64,000 nt of DNA, taken from contig CAVOYV010000005.1 in the NCBI GenBank assembly GCA_963700855.1, positions 242,448-306,447 on the forward strand, written 5' to 3'. Positions 29,398 through 37,730 of this stretch are shown here, in pieces. Below the pieces are notes generated by a model, which searched no databases, was not told the origin of the DNA, and was given only the letters and a program-made list of their open reading frames with translations. Source of the DNA: an uncultured Actinomycetes bacterium (GTDB lineage Bacteria > Actinomycetota > UBA4738 > HRBIN12). How positions within the stretch are numbered: position 1 is the stretch's first letter; every line of letters starts with the position of its first letter. Made by a program: the position numbers and the translations under genes.

Positions 29398-29925
29398 TCA
29401 CGCCTTCGCTGGATCGGGCGTGGGCTCGAGAGCCTTGTTCTCCGCGGGCTTCCCGGCGCCCGCGCCCGCCGACGCCTGCCCGCCGGCGCCCGACCCTGAG
29501 TCCATGATGCTCTGGCCGTGGAAGATGCCGCCCTCCTCGACCACGAGGGTCTTCGACGTGATGTTGCCGTCGATCCGACCCCCGTGGGCCAGGTGCGCCT
29601 TGCCCTTCACGATCACGTTGCCCTTGAACTTCCCGGCGATGCTCACGTTCTGCGCGCGGATGTCCGCCTCGACCTGGCTCTGGGGCGACAACACGACGTC
29701 GCCGTCGGCGTTGATCTGCCCCTTGACCTGCCCGTCGATCCGTAGGCTCCCGGCCGAGACCACGTTGCCTTCGAGTCGCGCGCCGGTCCCGACGATCGTG
29801 ACCTCATCGTTGTCCGTCATCCGCGTGTCCTTTCGATCCTTGGGTCGATCCTTGGGTCGATCCGCGGCCCGGTCCTGGTCGGGCGCGGCGTGCGCCGCCT
29901 CTGCATCTTCGCGTTTCCAGATCAC
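29398..29925 (-). CDS. Bactofilin (polymer-forming cytoskeletal protein)
   Basis: TIVG.GARLEG.V...GSLRIDGQVKGQI...LVVEEGGIFHGQSIM beta-helix. GTG start (MIWKR) overlaps the DUF4446 stop; alternative ATG at 29820. Confidence 0.92.
   Translation of the reverse strand: MIWKREDAEAAHAAPDQDRAADRPKDRPKDRKDTRMTDNDEVTIVGTGARLEGNVVSAGSLRIDGQVKGQINADGDVVLSPQSQVEADIRAQNVSIAGKFKGNVIVKGKAHLAHGGRIDGNITSKTLVVEEGGIFHGQSIMDSGSGAGGQASAGAGAGKPAENKALEPTPDPAKA
29833..29863. repeat. 12-bp tandem repeat (2.5 copies) encoding DRPK
   Basis: TCGATCCTTGGG x2 followed by TCGATCC. Confidence 0.8.
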
Positions 29926-30416
29926 CCGGCGTTCACCGCCTCGGACGACCGGTCGCTCATCGCCTGACGGATCGCTTCCCCCTCCTCGTTCGAGAGGTTG
30001 TGCGAGCTGGTGCCCGCGGCGACCGGCTTCGCGTAGACCCGGGTCTCCTGACGCCCGTTGATCGACGTCAGCACGATGCCGTTGCCGTGCTCGTCGAGGA
30101 GGGCGCACGAGAACGAGAGCCGGCCACCGACGTCTTCGAACGCGTCGTAGCGCAGGAGCCCGACGCGCCGAACCCCCGCCTCGATCTGGAGCTGCTGGCG
30201 CTTGTCGGTGCCGTTGAGGGTCCGCACCGCCTTCTCGATCCGCTCGATACGAGCGAGCAGCGAGCCGACCACCTCATCGGCCGGCGGCGTCGCGTCGAGG
30301 TCGCCCCGACGGCCCCCGCCGCCGAACATGCCGAACAGGACACCCAGCAGACCGAGCCCGAGGGCGATCAGCACGAGGAGCGTGAGGGTCTCGTTCGACA
30401 GGGTCATCGTCGTCAC
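29922..30416 (-). CDS. DUF4446-family protein (N-terminal TM plus coiled coil)
   Basis: VGLLRYDAFEDVGGRLSFSCALLD..GNG.VLTSINGRQETRVYAKP....S...LS.EE..AI. Confidence 0.85.
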   Translation of the reverse strand: MTTMTLSNETLTLLVLIALGLGLLGVLFGMFGGGGRRGDLDATPPADEVVGSLLARIERIEKAVRTLNGTDKRQQLQIEAGVRRVGLLRYDAFEDVGGRLSFSCALLDEHGNGIVLTSINGRQETRVYAKPVAAGTSSHNLSNEEGEAIRQAMSDRSSEAVNAG

Positions 30417-30563
30417 TCCCGACGGGCGCCGCGACGGCTTCCCGGAGGGCCGAAGTATACGCGGGCGCCCCCTCGCCCTCGCCGCTCAGGTGACGTCGCG
30501 AGCCCGGTGGACGAGTGTCGGTCTCTCACGCAGAAGCCCGATCCTCGGTAGCATCCGAGAGCG

Positions 30564-31979
30564 ATGTCGGCACCCTCCACTTCCCCGGCCGCCTCATCCG
30601 CGGCCGCCAGCCTCACCGGCCTCACCCTGGCCGGCCGCTACGAGCTCCGCGCGATGCTCGGCCGTGGCGGGATGGGCGAGGTCTACGAGGCGGCGGATCG
30701 CCGGCTCGACCGCACGGTGGCGGTCAAGGTCCTGCGGGAGGAGCTCGCCCGAGACCGGCGGTTCGTGGCCCGCTTCCACCGCGAGGCGCGGACGGCCGCG
30801 CGGCTTCAGCATCCGGCGATCGTGGCCGTCCACGACTTCGGCGAGCACGACGGCCGCGTCTACCTGGTGCTCGAGCACGTCCCCGGGCGCACCCTGCACG
30901 AGCAGCTGCGCGATGAGGGCGCCCTCGCGCCGGCGCGCGCGGCCTCGGTCGGGGCACACGTGGCGGAGGCGCTCGCCCACGCGCACGCGCGCGGGATCGT
31001 CCACCGCGACGTCGCGCCCGGCAACGTGATGATCAGAACCGACGGCGCCGTCAAGGTGCTCGACTTCGGGATCGCGCGGGCGATCCAGGGATCTGGGCAC
31101 GGAGCTTCGGTGACGGCGCACGGCACCCTCGCCTACGCCGCGCCGGAGGTCCTGGCGGGTGAGCACGCTGATCAGCGGGTGGACGTCTACGGGCTCGGCG
31201 CGGTCCTGTACGAGCTGCTCACCGGCGTGCCGCCCTTCATGGGCGAGGACATCCCCGCCAGGCTCCGGGTCGCGAGACCGCTCGCCCCGTCACGGGTCGA
31301 GCCGTCGGTACCCACGGGGATCGACGAGACGATCCTGCGGTGCCTCGACCGGGACCCGGCCGCGAGGCCTGAGGACGCCGCCGTGCTCGCTGACGAGCTA
31401 CGACGGCTCGCCGCCTACCTGCCCTCCGAACGGCCGGCGAGCACGCCGGCCACCCTCACCGATGCGGTCGTGCCGAGGGCGGATGCCACTCGACGCCTGG
31501 ACACACCCACGATGACCGCGACGCTGCCGAGCGGCCGGCACCGGCCTCGCCGGAACCGCGGACGCGTGATCGCGATCGTCGCGATCGTGGCGGTCGTGGC
31601 CGCCGCGGGGGCACTCGTTGGACCCGCGGTCCTGCGTCTCGACGATCCGGTGCGCGCGTCGGTCGACGCTCCCCCCGTGCTCCCCGCGCCGCAGGGGTTC
31701 ACCGCCTCCGCGTCGTGTGACGGGTTCCTCGCGACGGGCTCGGACCTGGCATGGTTCGCCGTGCCGGGCGCGACGGAGTACGAGGTGTGGCGGCGGAACC
31801 CCGCCGGGGAGTCCTGGACGCAGGTGGCCCTCACCCAGGCGACGGTCACCTCGGTTCGCGACGTCGACCTCAGCGTGGACTCGACCTACGTGTACCGGGT
31901 TCGCGGCCTCGAGGGCCCGTTGCCGGGGCGCTGGTCGGACCCGGTCACCGCGCGCACCCCGCTGTTCTGCCTGACCTGA
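30564..31979 (+). CDS. Hanks-type Ser/Thr kinase with TM and C-terminal FN3-like domain
   Basis: LGRGGMGEVY, VAVK, HRDVAPGN, DFG, APE; TM segment; FN3-like W...Y.V...Y.YRV. Confidence 0.92.
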   Translation: MSAPSTSPAASSAAASLTGLTLAGRYELRAMLGRGGMGEVYEAADRRLDRTVAVKVLREELARDRRFVARFHREARTAARLQHPAIVAVHDFGEHDGRVYLVLEHVPGRTLHEQLRDEGALAPARAASVGAHVAEALAHAHARGIVHRDVAPGNVMIRTDGAVKVLDFGIARAIQGSGHGASVTAHGTLAYAAPEVLAGEHADQRVDVYGLGAVLYELLTGVPPFMGEDIPARLRVARPLAPSRVEPSVPTGIDETILRCLDRDPAARPEDAAVLADELRRLAAYLPSERPASTPATLTDAVVPRADATRRLDTPTMTATLPSGRHRPRRNRGRVIAIVAIVAVVAAAGALVGPAVLRLDDPVRASVDAPPVLPAPQGFTASASCDGFLATGSDLAWFAVPGATEYEVWRRNPAGESWTQVALTQATVTSVRDVDLSVDSTYVYRVRGLEGPLPGRWSDPVTARTPLFCLT

Positions 31980-31984
31980 GGAGC

Positions 31985-32764
31985 TCAGCCGGGTCGGACC
32001 AGCGACAGCACGGTGAGGCCATCTCGCGTCTCGTCGAGGGAAGGGTCATAGCGGTAGCCGGACGGGTGCTCCCAGCCGGCGAGCGTCGCGGGCGTCGTCC
32101 GCGGGTGCGCGAGCAGGTGGCGGACCAACGCGCCCTTGAGGAACTTGTTCCAGTGGGACACGGCGACGAGGGCCCCGTCCGCGCCGGGCTCGAGGAACCG
32201 GACCGACCACTGCGCGAGGCCATCGGGCGCCTGCCAGGCGGCCGCGTGCTCGTTCGGCAGGAGGTTCCAGACGTGACGGCCCTGGGCGCGTGCGGTGATC
32301 GCCGTCGACAGGTCGGCACGCCACCACGTGGAGAGCCTGCCGAGCCGCGGCAACGACGCGCCCATCTTGAGCTTGTAGTCCGGGATCGGATCGCTCGGTG
32401 CGACGGCCCCCCAGAGCCCCGAGACGATCAAGACGCACGCGTCCAGCCGGCGCCGGGGCACGGCCGTGAGCGAGCCGGCGTCCAGGGCATCGTAGAGGAC
32501 ACCGGTGTAGCGCTCGATCGCCGGCATCGTGGGCGCCTCGCGCACCGCTCGGTTCGCGGCCGTGGCGGCGGCCAGCGCGGCGCCCTTCACGCCGAGCAGC
32601 TTCGCGCGCGCGGTCTCGTTCGCGCGCAGCGCGGATAGGAGGCTCGCGATGACTCGCTCGCGCCGGTCGTCGAGGTCGAGCGCCAACGTCCCGGGCGACC
32701 ACGGAGGTCCCTCACCCTCGGGTGCCTTCCCCTCCGACGGCGGCAGCAGGATCAGCGGGTCCAC
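31985..32764 (-). CDS. yaaA: Peroxide stress protein YaaA
   Basis: LILLPPSEGK, PAIERYTGVLYDAL, SGLWG.V...D.IPDYKLKM, VSHWNK..KG. Confidence 0.88.
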   Translation of the reverse strand: MDPLILLPPSEGKAPEGEGPPWSPGTLALDLDDRRERVIASLLSALRANETARAKLLGVKGAALAAATAANRAVREAPTMPAIERYTGVLYDALDAGSLTAVPRRRLDACVLIVSGLWGAVAPSDPIPDYKLKMGASLPRLGRLSTWWRADLSTAITARAQGRHVWNLLPNEHAAAWQAPDGLAQWSVRFLEPGADGALVAVSHWNKFLKGALVRHLLAHPRTTPATLAGWEHPSGYRYDPSLDETRDGLTVLSLVRPG

Positions 32765-32884
32765 GGTCCTCACGCTACCGTTCGGATCACACCGATCGAG
32801 CCGTGCGCCGAGGTGCTAGACCTCCAGGTCCCGTGACGGGACGCTCCCTGCATAGCAACGCGTCGCCGGCATGCGTGGGACGAC

Positions 32885-32913
32885 TTGACTCTAAACCGAC
32901 CGGTCGGTATGTT
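32885..32913 (+). promoter_or_regulatory. Sigma70-type promoter with ARE-like palindromic operator
   Basis: TTGACT-17 bp-TATGTT; perfect palindrome ACCGACCGGTCGGT at 32895-32908; ATG at 32920 (leaderless geometry). Confidence 0.8.
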
Positions 32914-32919
32914 TCGTCC

Positions 32920-33603
32920 ATGCCACCGCCGCCCCACGAACCGCAACAGGATCGGGCTCGTGAGACCAGACTCAAGCTCCTGGAGACCGCCGCGGTGGCA
33001 TTCGCCGAGAGCGGGTACGAGGGCACCTCCCTGAGCGAGTTGCTCCGTCGCAGCCAGGTCTCGAGGGGTGCCTTCTACTTCCACTTCGTTTCCAAGGAAG
33101 CCCTCGCGCTCGCGACGTACCGGGTCAAGCTCGAGCAGCTGATCGACCAGACCTACGAGGAGGTCGGTGCGCAGCCGGATGGCCTCACGCAGCTCGTGAC
33201 CACGATCCGCGTGTCGGTCCGTCGGCTGCACGACGATCCTTCGCTCCGTGTCGTCGTGCGTCTCGGTAACGATCTGGCGGGAGGCGCCGGTCCCGACAGC
33301 GAGTTCAGCCGCTACCAGGAACGCTCGATCGACGGGTTCCGCCAGATCATCCAACGAGGCCTCGACGACGGGTCGATCAGGCAGGGCATCGACGCTCGGG
33401 AGGCGGCTGAGGACGTCCTGGCGCTCCTGGTCGGAGCCGACCGCCTGTCGGGCTTCCTCACCGGGGGGGCCGACGGGATCTCGCGCGCCGAGCACTACCT
33501 GGACCTGTTGATGTTCGGCCTGGCCGGTCGAGACCCGGAGGCACCTCAGAGGAAGGAGGTGGGTCACCGCGGTAGTGGCAAACGAAGGGGATCCGATCGA
33601 TGA
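32920..33603 (+). CDS. TetR-family regulator, ScbR/ArpA-like N-terminus
   Basis: QDRARETRLKLLETAA..F...GY..TSLSELL....VSRGAFYFHF.SKEALA. Confidence 0.9.
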   Translation: MPPPPHEPQQDRARETRLKLLETAAVAFAESGYEGTSLSELLRRSQVSRGAFYFHFVSKEALALATYRVKLEQLIDQTYEEVGAQPDGLTQLVTTIRVSVRRLHDDPSLRVVVRLGNDLAGGAGPDSEFSRYQERSIDGFRQIIQRGLDDGSIRQGIDAREAAEDVLALLVGADRLSGFLTGGADGISRAEHYLDLLMFGLAGRDPEAPQRKEVGHRGSGKRRGSDR

Positions 33604-33681
33604 CGAGATGCCTGCATCTGGCGCGTGGTCGCCGGAACCGGGAGGAGGCAGGAGATGCCTCCCCGGAGGGAGGCATGAAGG

Positions 33682-34203
33682 GTGTTCAAGTTCTGGCTGT
33701 TCGTTCACATCATGTCGACGGTCTTCGCGTTCGGCCCCACGTACACGCTCCCCGCGATCGCGGCGCTCGCTCGCAAGGGACCGAGGTACGGCGCCTTCGC
33801 GGCGGAAGTGGCCGAGCTGATCGAGATGCGGTACGCGTGGCCGTTCGTGCTGCTCGCGGGCATCTCCGGCGTGGCGCTGATCGTGGTCGCGGACATCCCG
33901 TGGCTGGACATCCCGTGGCTTTGGATCTCCATCGTCGTGTACGTGCTGGCGATGGCGTTCTCGCTGTTCGTGCAGACGCCCAACACGAAGCAGATGGTTC
34001 AGCTCACGGCGCGGCTCGCCGAGGCGGGAGAACCGCCCGCCGACGCACCCGCGGGTCCGCCCCCCGAGCTGGCCGCCCTCGGCAAGAAGCTGCAGCTCGG
34101 AGGGATCGGGCTGTCGGTGGCCTCGCTGGCCGTCTTCTACTTGATGATCGTGCAGCCCGACTCTGACCGCGAGCACCGCACGACGGATGTGGTGCACGGA
34201 TGA
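33682..34203 (+). CDS. DUF2269-like integral membrane protein
   Basis: FWLFVHI...FGPT, four TM segments, WLWISIVVY, C-terminal YLMIVQP. Confidence 0.75.
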   Translation: MFKFWLFVHIMSTVFAFGPTYTLPAIAALARKGPRYGAFAAEVAELIEMRYAWPFVLLAGISGVALIVVADIPWLDIPWLWISIVVYVLAMAFSLFVQTPNTKQMVQLTARLAEAGEPPADAPAGPPPELAALGKKLQLGGIGLSVASLAVFYLMIVQPDSDREHRTTDVVHG

Positions 34204-34296
34204 TCCTTGCCAGGACCCACCGCACGGCGGATCGAGCATGATCGGTGGGCGCACGGCCCCAACGGTATCGCCGAGCCATGGAGCGATCTACGAACC

Positions 34297-37200
34297 TCAG
34301 CGCTGGAAGGGAGGACGGCGCGTCCGGTCGGCATGCCGATCGAGGCCCATCGCCTCGAAGCGACCGATCGCCTCCAAGACGGTCTCGGAATCGTTCCGCG
34401 CCCACCCGAGAGCCCGCAGGGCGAACGGTTCGAGGAACGAGCCCGGGATCGCCAGTTCCGGTCCCGCCGCCTCGATCTCGGCTCGCCGGTCGAGAGCAAC
34501 GAGCGCGTCGAGCCAGGCGACGAGACCCTCGACGTCGTCGAGCCCCGGCCGATCCCATCCATCCACGATCCGCGCGACCGCGTCGAGGTCACCACGGGCG
34601 ATCGCGATCTCGGCGTCGATCCCCCGGCGCAGCATGAACCCCTGCTTGCCGAGCCGAGTCACCACGTCCTCCAGGCGCCGCGCATCGTCGTCGAGGCCGA
34701 GGTTCACGTGGGCGAGCGCGCACCACAGCAGCGCGAGGTTCTCGAGCGCGCACGGCGTGCCGGCGTTGGCGGCCACTGCCATCTCGGTCGAGCCCGTGAG
34801 ATCGCGGACGGCGTCCCAACGGCCGGCCGCGGCCTCGTTGCGGACGAGGTCGTACGCGGCGTGCAGGCGGTGGTGGGCGGAGAGCCGCCGTGTCGTCTCG
34901 ACCAGCGATCCGGTGATCTCCCGAGCCTCGGCGAGCCTTCCCGCGTACAGGAATGCATCGAGCGAGTACCCGTAGGCCATGGCGACGTGATCCGGGTCGC
35001 TCAGCGCGGGGATCAGGGCGAGCCGCTCCCGCGCCCGCTCGACCGCCTCCTCGTAGGCCCCCCTCGCCATGGCCTCACCCGACAGCGCGTCGAGCGCGAA
35101 CGACCGCAGCTCGACGTCATCTCGCGCGTCGGCGATCGCCGTCGCCTCCTGCACCGCTCCCGTGGAGCCCTCCGGGTCCAGGTAGCACTTCGCAAGCAGG
35201 GCCTTCGCCCGCGCCGCCGAGCCCGGCGGGGCCAGCGCGAGCGTCCGATCGATCCACCCCTCGATCAGCTCGTCCTCGGGCTTGCGCGTCCACATCCCGC
35301 TGCGCAACGACGTCTGGAACGCGAGGTCGGCGTACACGTCGACAGAACCCGCCGTATCGCCCGCGGCGTCGAGCGACGCCTGCATCGCCGTCCAGAACGC
35401 CTCGCCGTCGTACTTCAGGATGTTCGCCCGACCTACCGTGTGCCACAGCGCGGCGCGACCGCCCGGCTCGGCCTCGAGCTCGAGGGCTCGTTGCAGCAGC
35501 GCCAGGCCATCGTCGACCTCCATCCTGCCGATCGCGAGTTCCGCTCCCTGACGCAGCCACGCGAGGGCGCGTTCGCGCAGCCCAGCCAGTTCCTGCCCGT
35601 CCCACGCGAGATCGGCGTCCTCCGGTCTGACCGCCTCGGCGTAGTGATGGGCGAGCAGCGACACGAACTCGTCGCGGCCTCCCAGCCGCTCGAGCCACCG
35701 GGCGACGGCCGCGTGCATCTGGGCACGCCTCGCCTTCGGCAGGCTCGAGTAGGCCACCTCCCGGGTCACCGCGTGCTTGATCGCGTACTCGCGATCGCCC
35801 GGGATCGACGAGCCGGACCGGCGGCGGATGAAGTCGCGTTCCTCGAGGACCCGCAGGTTCGGATCCCCCTCGGCGACCAGCTCGTACACGGGGCCGGCCC
35901 AGAAGATCCGCCCGATCACCGATGCCGCTTGGAGCCCGTGCTTGTCGCCCGCCTCGAGCAGGTCGATCCGAGCGGCCACCACCGCCTGCACGGTGTCGGG
36001 GACCGAGAAGTCCGGCGGGAGCTCCGCGAGGCTCCACCCGTCGCCGCCGTGCTCGAGCAGCCCGAGATCGATCAGCGTTCCCAGGACCTCCTCGACGAAG
36101 AACGGGTTGCCCTCCGCCCGCTGCACCACGACGTCGCGGAGCCCCGGGGGGAGCCCGCCTCCGAGCAGCTCGTCGAGCATGCGCTCGGCGTCGCCGGTCG
36201 AGAGCGCCTCCAGCGGCAGGGTCGCGCCGGGCAGACGGGCCCCCCATCCAGGACGCGCTTCGAGCAGCTCGGGGCGAGCCGTCACCAGCACCAGCAGCGG
36301 GCCCCGCGAGTCGGTCACGAGTCGCTCCAAGAGGTCGAGGAGGAGGTCCTCTGCCCAATGGATGTCCTCGATCAGCATCACGAGGGGGCGCTCGGCGGCG
36401 ACCTCCTCGCAGAACCCGACCCACGCGTCCTGGAACCGGTCGCGCGCGGCGAGGGGGTGGAGGTCGGACGCGACATCCAGCCCGAGCGTGAGCCCCATGA
36501 TCCCTCGATCGCCCAGCAACTCGAGCACCGACGAGGCCGGGTCGCTCTCGGAGATCCCGAAGTGCTCCCGGAGCACCTCGGCGAGGGGCCAGTAGGTGAC
36601 CCCCTGGCCATAGGACAGGCATCGTCCGGTCCTGCGGAGCGGCTCAGGCGCTTGAGCGCCGAGCAGCTCCCAGAACTCGCGCACGAGCCGGGTCTTGCCG
36701 ACGCCCGCATCCGCCACGATCGTCACGAGGCGGGGCTCGCGGGAATCCTCGACCTCCCGATAGATGCGCTCGAGGGTCTCCATCTCGCCTTCGCGGCCGA
36801 CGAAGGCGGGGCGCAGCCCGTGGACACCTCGCGGCCGCATCAGCGACAACGCCCGACGGAGACGACGGCACTCGACGCCCCCGGGCTTGCCCTTCGCCTC
36901 GATCGACCGGCGCTCGCCGAACTCGAACGCACCCCGAACGAGCGCCACCGTGCGCTCGCCGACGAGGATCTCGCCCGGTTCGGCCCCTTGCTCGAGCCGC
37001 GCCGCCACGTTGACCGGGTCGCCCGAGACGAACGAGCTGCCCGCCCGCGGGGCTCCGAAGACCACCTCGCCCGTGTTGACGCCGATCCGAAGGGACAGGA
37101 CCCCTCCCGCCAGCTCGTGCACCCGTCGCTGCATCGCGATCGCCGCGTGCAACGCCCGCTCGGCGTGGTCCTCGAGCGCGGCCGGGGCCCCGAAGGCCGC

Positions 37201-37470
37201 CATCACGGCGTCGCCCGCGAACTTCTCGACCGTCCCGCCGGCCATCTGGATCTCCCCCGCCATCGTGTCGTAGAAGCGTTCCAGCAGCGCCCGGGTCCGC
37301 TCGGGGTCCTGCGAGCCCGCGAGCGCCGTCGAGCCGACGAGGTCGGCGAAGATCAGGGTCGCGAGCTTGCGCTCGGATCCCTCGGACATCTCGTCCAGGG
37401 GAGCGGCGCACGTGGGGCAGAACCGCGCTGCCTCAGGCGCGACGGACCCACAGACGGCACAGGTGACCAT
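34297..37470 (-). CDS. Zn-ribbon, class III adenylate/guanylate cyclase, STAND AAA ATPase, helical-repeat protein
   Basis: CAVC..CPTC; FADLVGST, EKFAGDAVM, GDPVNVAARL; DAGVGKT; IEDIHWA; EGNPFFVEE. Confidence 0.92.
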   Translation of the reverse strand: MVTCAVCGSVAPEAARFCPTCAAPLDEMSEGSERKLATLIFADLVGSTALAGSQDPERTRALLERFYDTMAGEIQMAGGTVEKFAGDAVMAAFGAPAALEDHAERALHAAIAMQRRVHELAGGVLSLRIGVNTGEVVFGAPRAGSSFVSGDPVNVAARLEQGAEPGEILVGERTVALVRGAFEFGERRSIEAKGKPGGVECRRLRRALSLMRPRGVHGLRPAFVGREGEMETLERIYREVEDSREPRLVTIVADAGVGKTRLVREFWELLGAQAPEPLRRTGRCLSYGQGVTYWPLAEVLREHFGISESDPASSVLELLGDRGIMGLTLGLDVASDLHPLAARDRFQDAWVGFCEEVAAERPLVMLIEDIHWAEDLLLDLLERLVTDSRGPLLVLVTARPELLEARPGWGARLPGATLPLEALSTGDAERMLDELLGGGLPPGLRDVVVQRAEGNPFFVEEVLGTLIDLGLLEHGGDGWSLAELPPDFSVPDTVQAVVAARIDLLEAGDKHGLQAASVIGRIFWAGPVYELVAEGDPNLRVLEERDFIRRRSGSSIPGDREYAIKHAVTREVAYSSLPKARRAQMHAAVARWLERLGGRDEFVSLLAHHYAEAVRPEDADLAWDGQELAGLRERALAWLRQGAELAIGRMEVDDGLALLQRALELEAEPGGRAALWHTVGRANILKYDGEAFWTAMQASLDAAGDTAGSVDVYADLAFQTSLRSGMWTRKPEDELIEGWIDRTLALAPPGSAARAKALLAKCYLDPEGSTGAVQEATAIADARDDVELRSFALDALSGEAMARGAYEEAVERARERLALIPALSDPDHVAMAYGYSLDAFLYAGRLAEAREITGSLVETTRRLSAHHRLHAAYDLVRNEAAAGRWDAVRDLTGSTEMAVAANAGTPCALENLALLWCALAHVNLGLDDDARRLEDVVTRLGKQGFMLRRGIDAEIAIARGDLDAVARIVDGWDRPGLDDVEGLVAWLDALVALDRRAEIEAAGPELAIPGSFLEPFALRALGWARNDSETVLEAIGRFEAMGLDRHADRTRRPPFQR

Positions 37471-37610
37471 CGCCTGAGCATCCTAGGCATCCATTCCAGG
37501 CCGCGCAGCTCGGCGTTCCGCTCGCCGTCGCGTGCACCGCCTCCGGGGTCTGGCTCGTGACCAGCGGATCACCCGTGGTCGTTGCGAACCCCTGACCGGC
37601 TCGGTCAACC

Positions 37611-37650
37611 TGGTGGCGAGGGGAGTTGAACCCCAGTTCCCGCGCTCGCC
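37611..37650 (-). pseudogene. Internally deleted tRNA-Leu-like remnant (mini-tRNA or att-like)
   Basis: GGCGAGCGCGGGAACTGGGGTTCAACTCCCCTCGCCACCA resembles both the 5' and 3' ends of the tRNA-Leu at 41323-41406. Confidence 0.6.
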
Positions 37651-37730
37651 AGGCCACGGCGGGTACAACGAGCGCCCACGGACAGCCGGGTCGCCACGCC
37701 CGGCGCCGGACCCGAAGTACGCTGCCCCAG

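Noticed and set aside
34243-34251. CGGTGGGCG as a third tRNA-Leu att copy
   Set aside because: Only about 9 GC-rich bases match, which is expected by chance
34207-37560. Very long antisense or alternate-frame ORFs (for example 34207..37560 +, 24622..27429 -, 9675..11996 +, 48088..50544 +)
   Set aside because: Shadow ORFs of real genes in high-GC DNA; Arg/Pro/Gly-rich with no recognisable motifs
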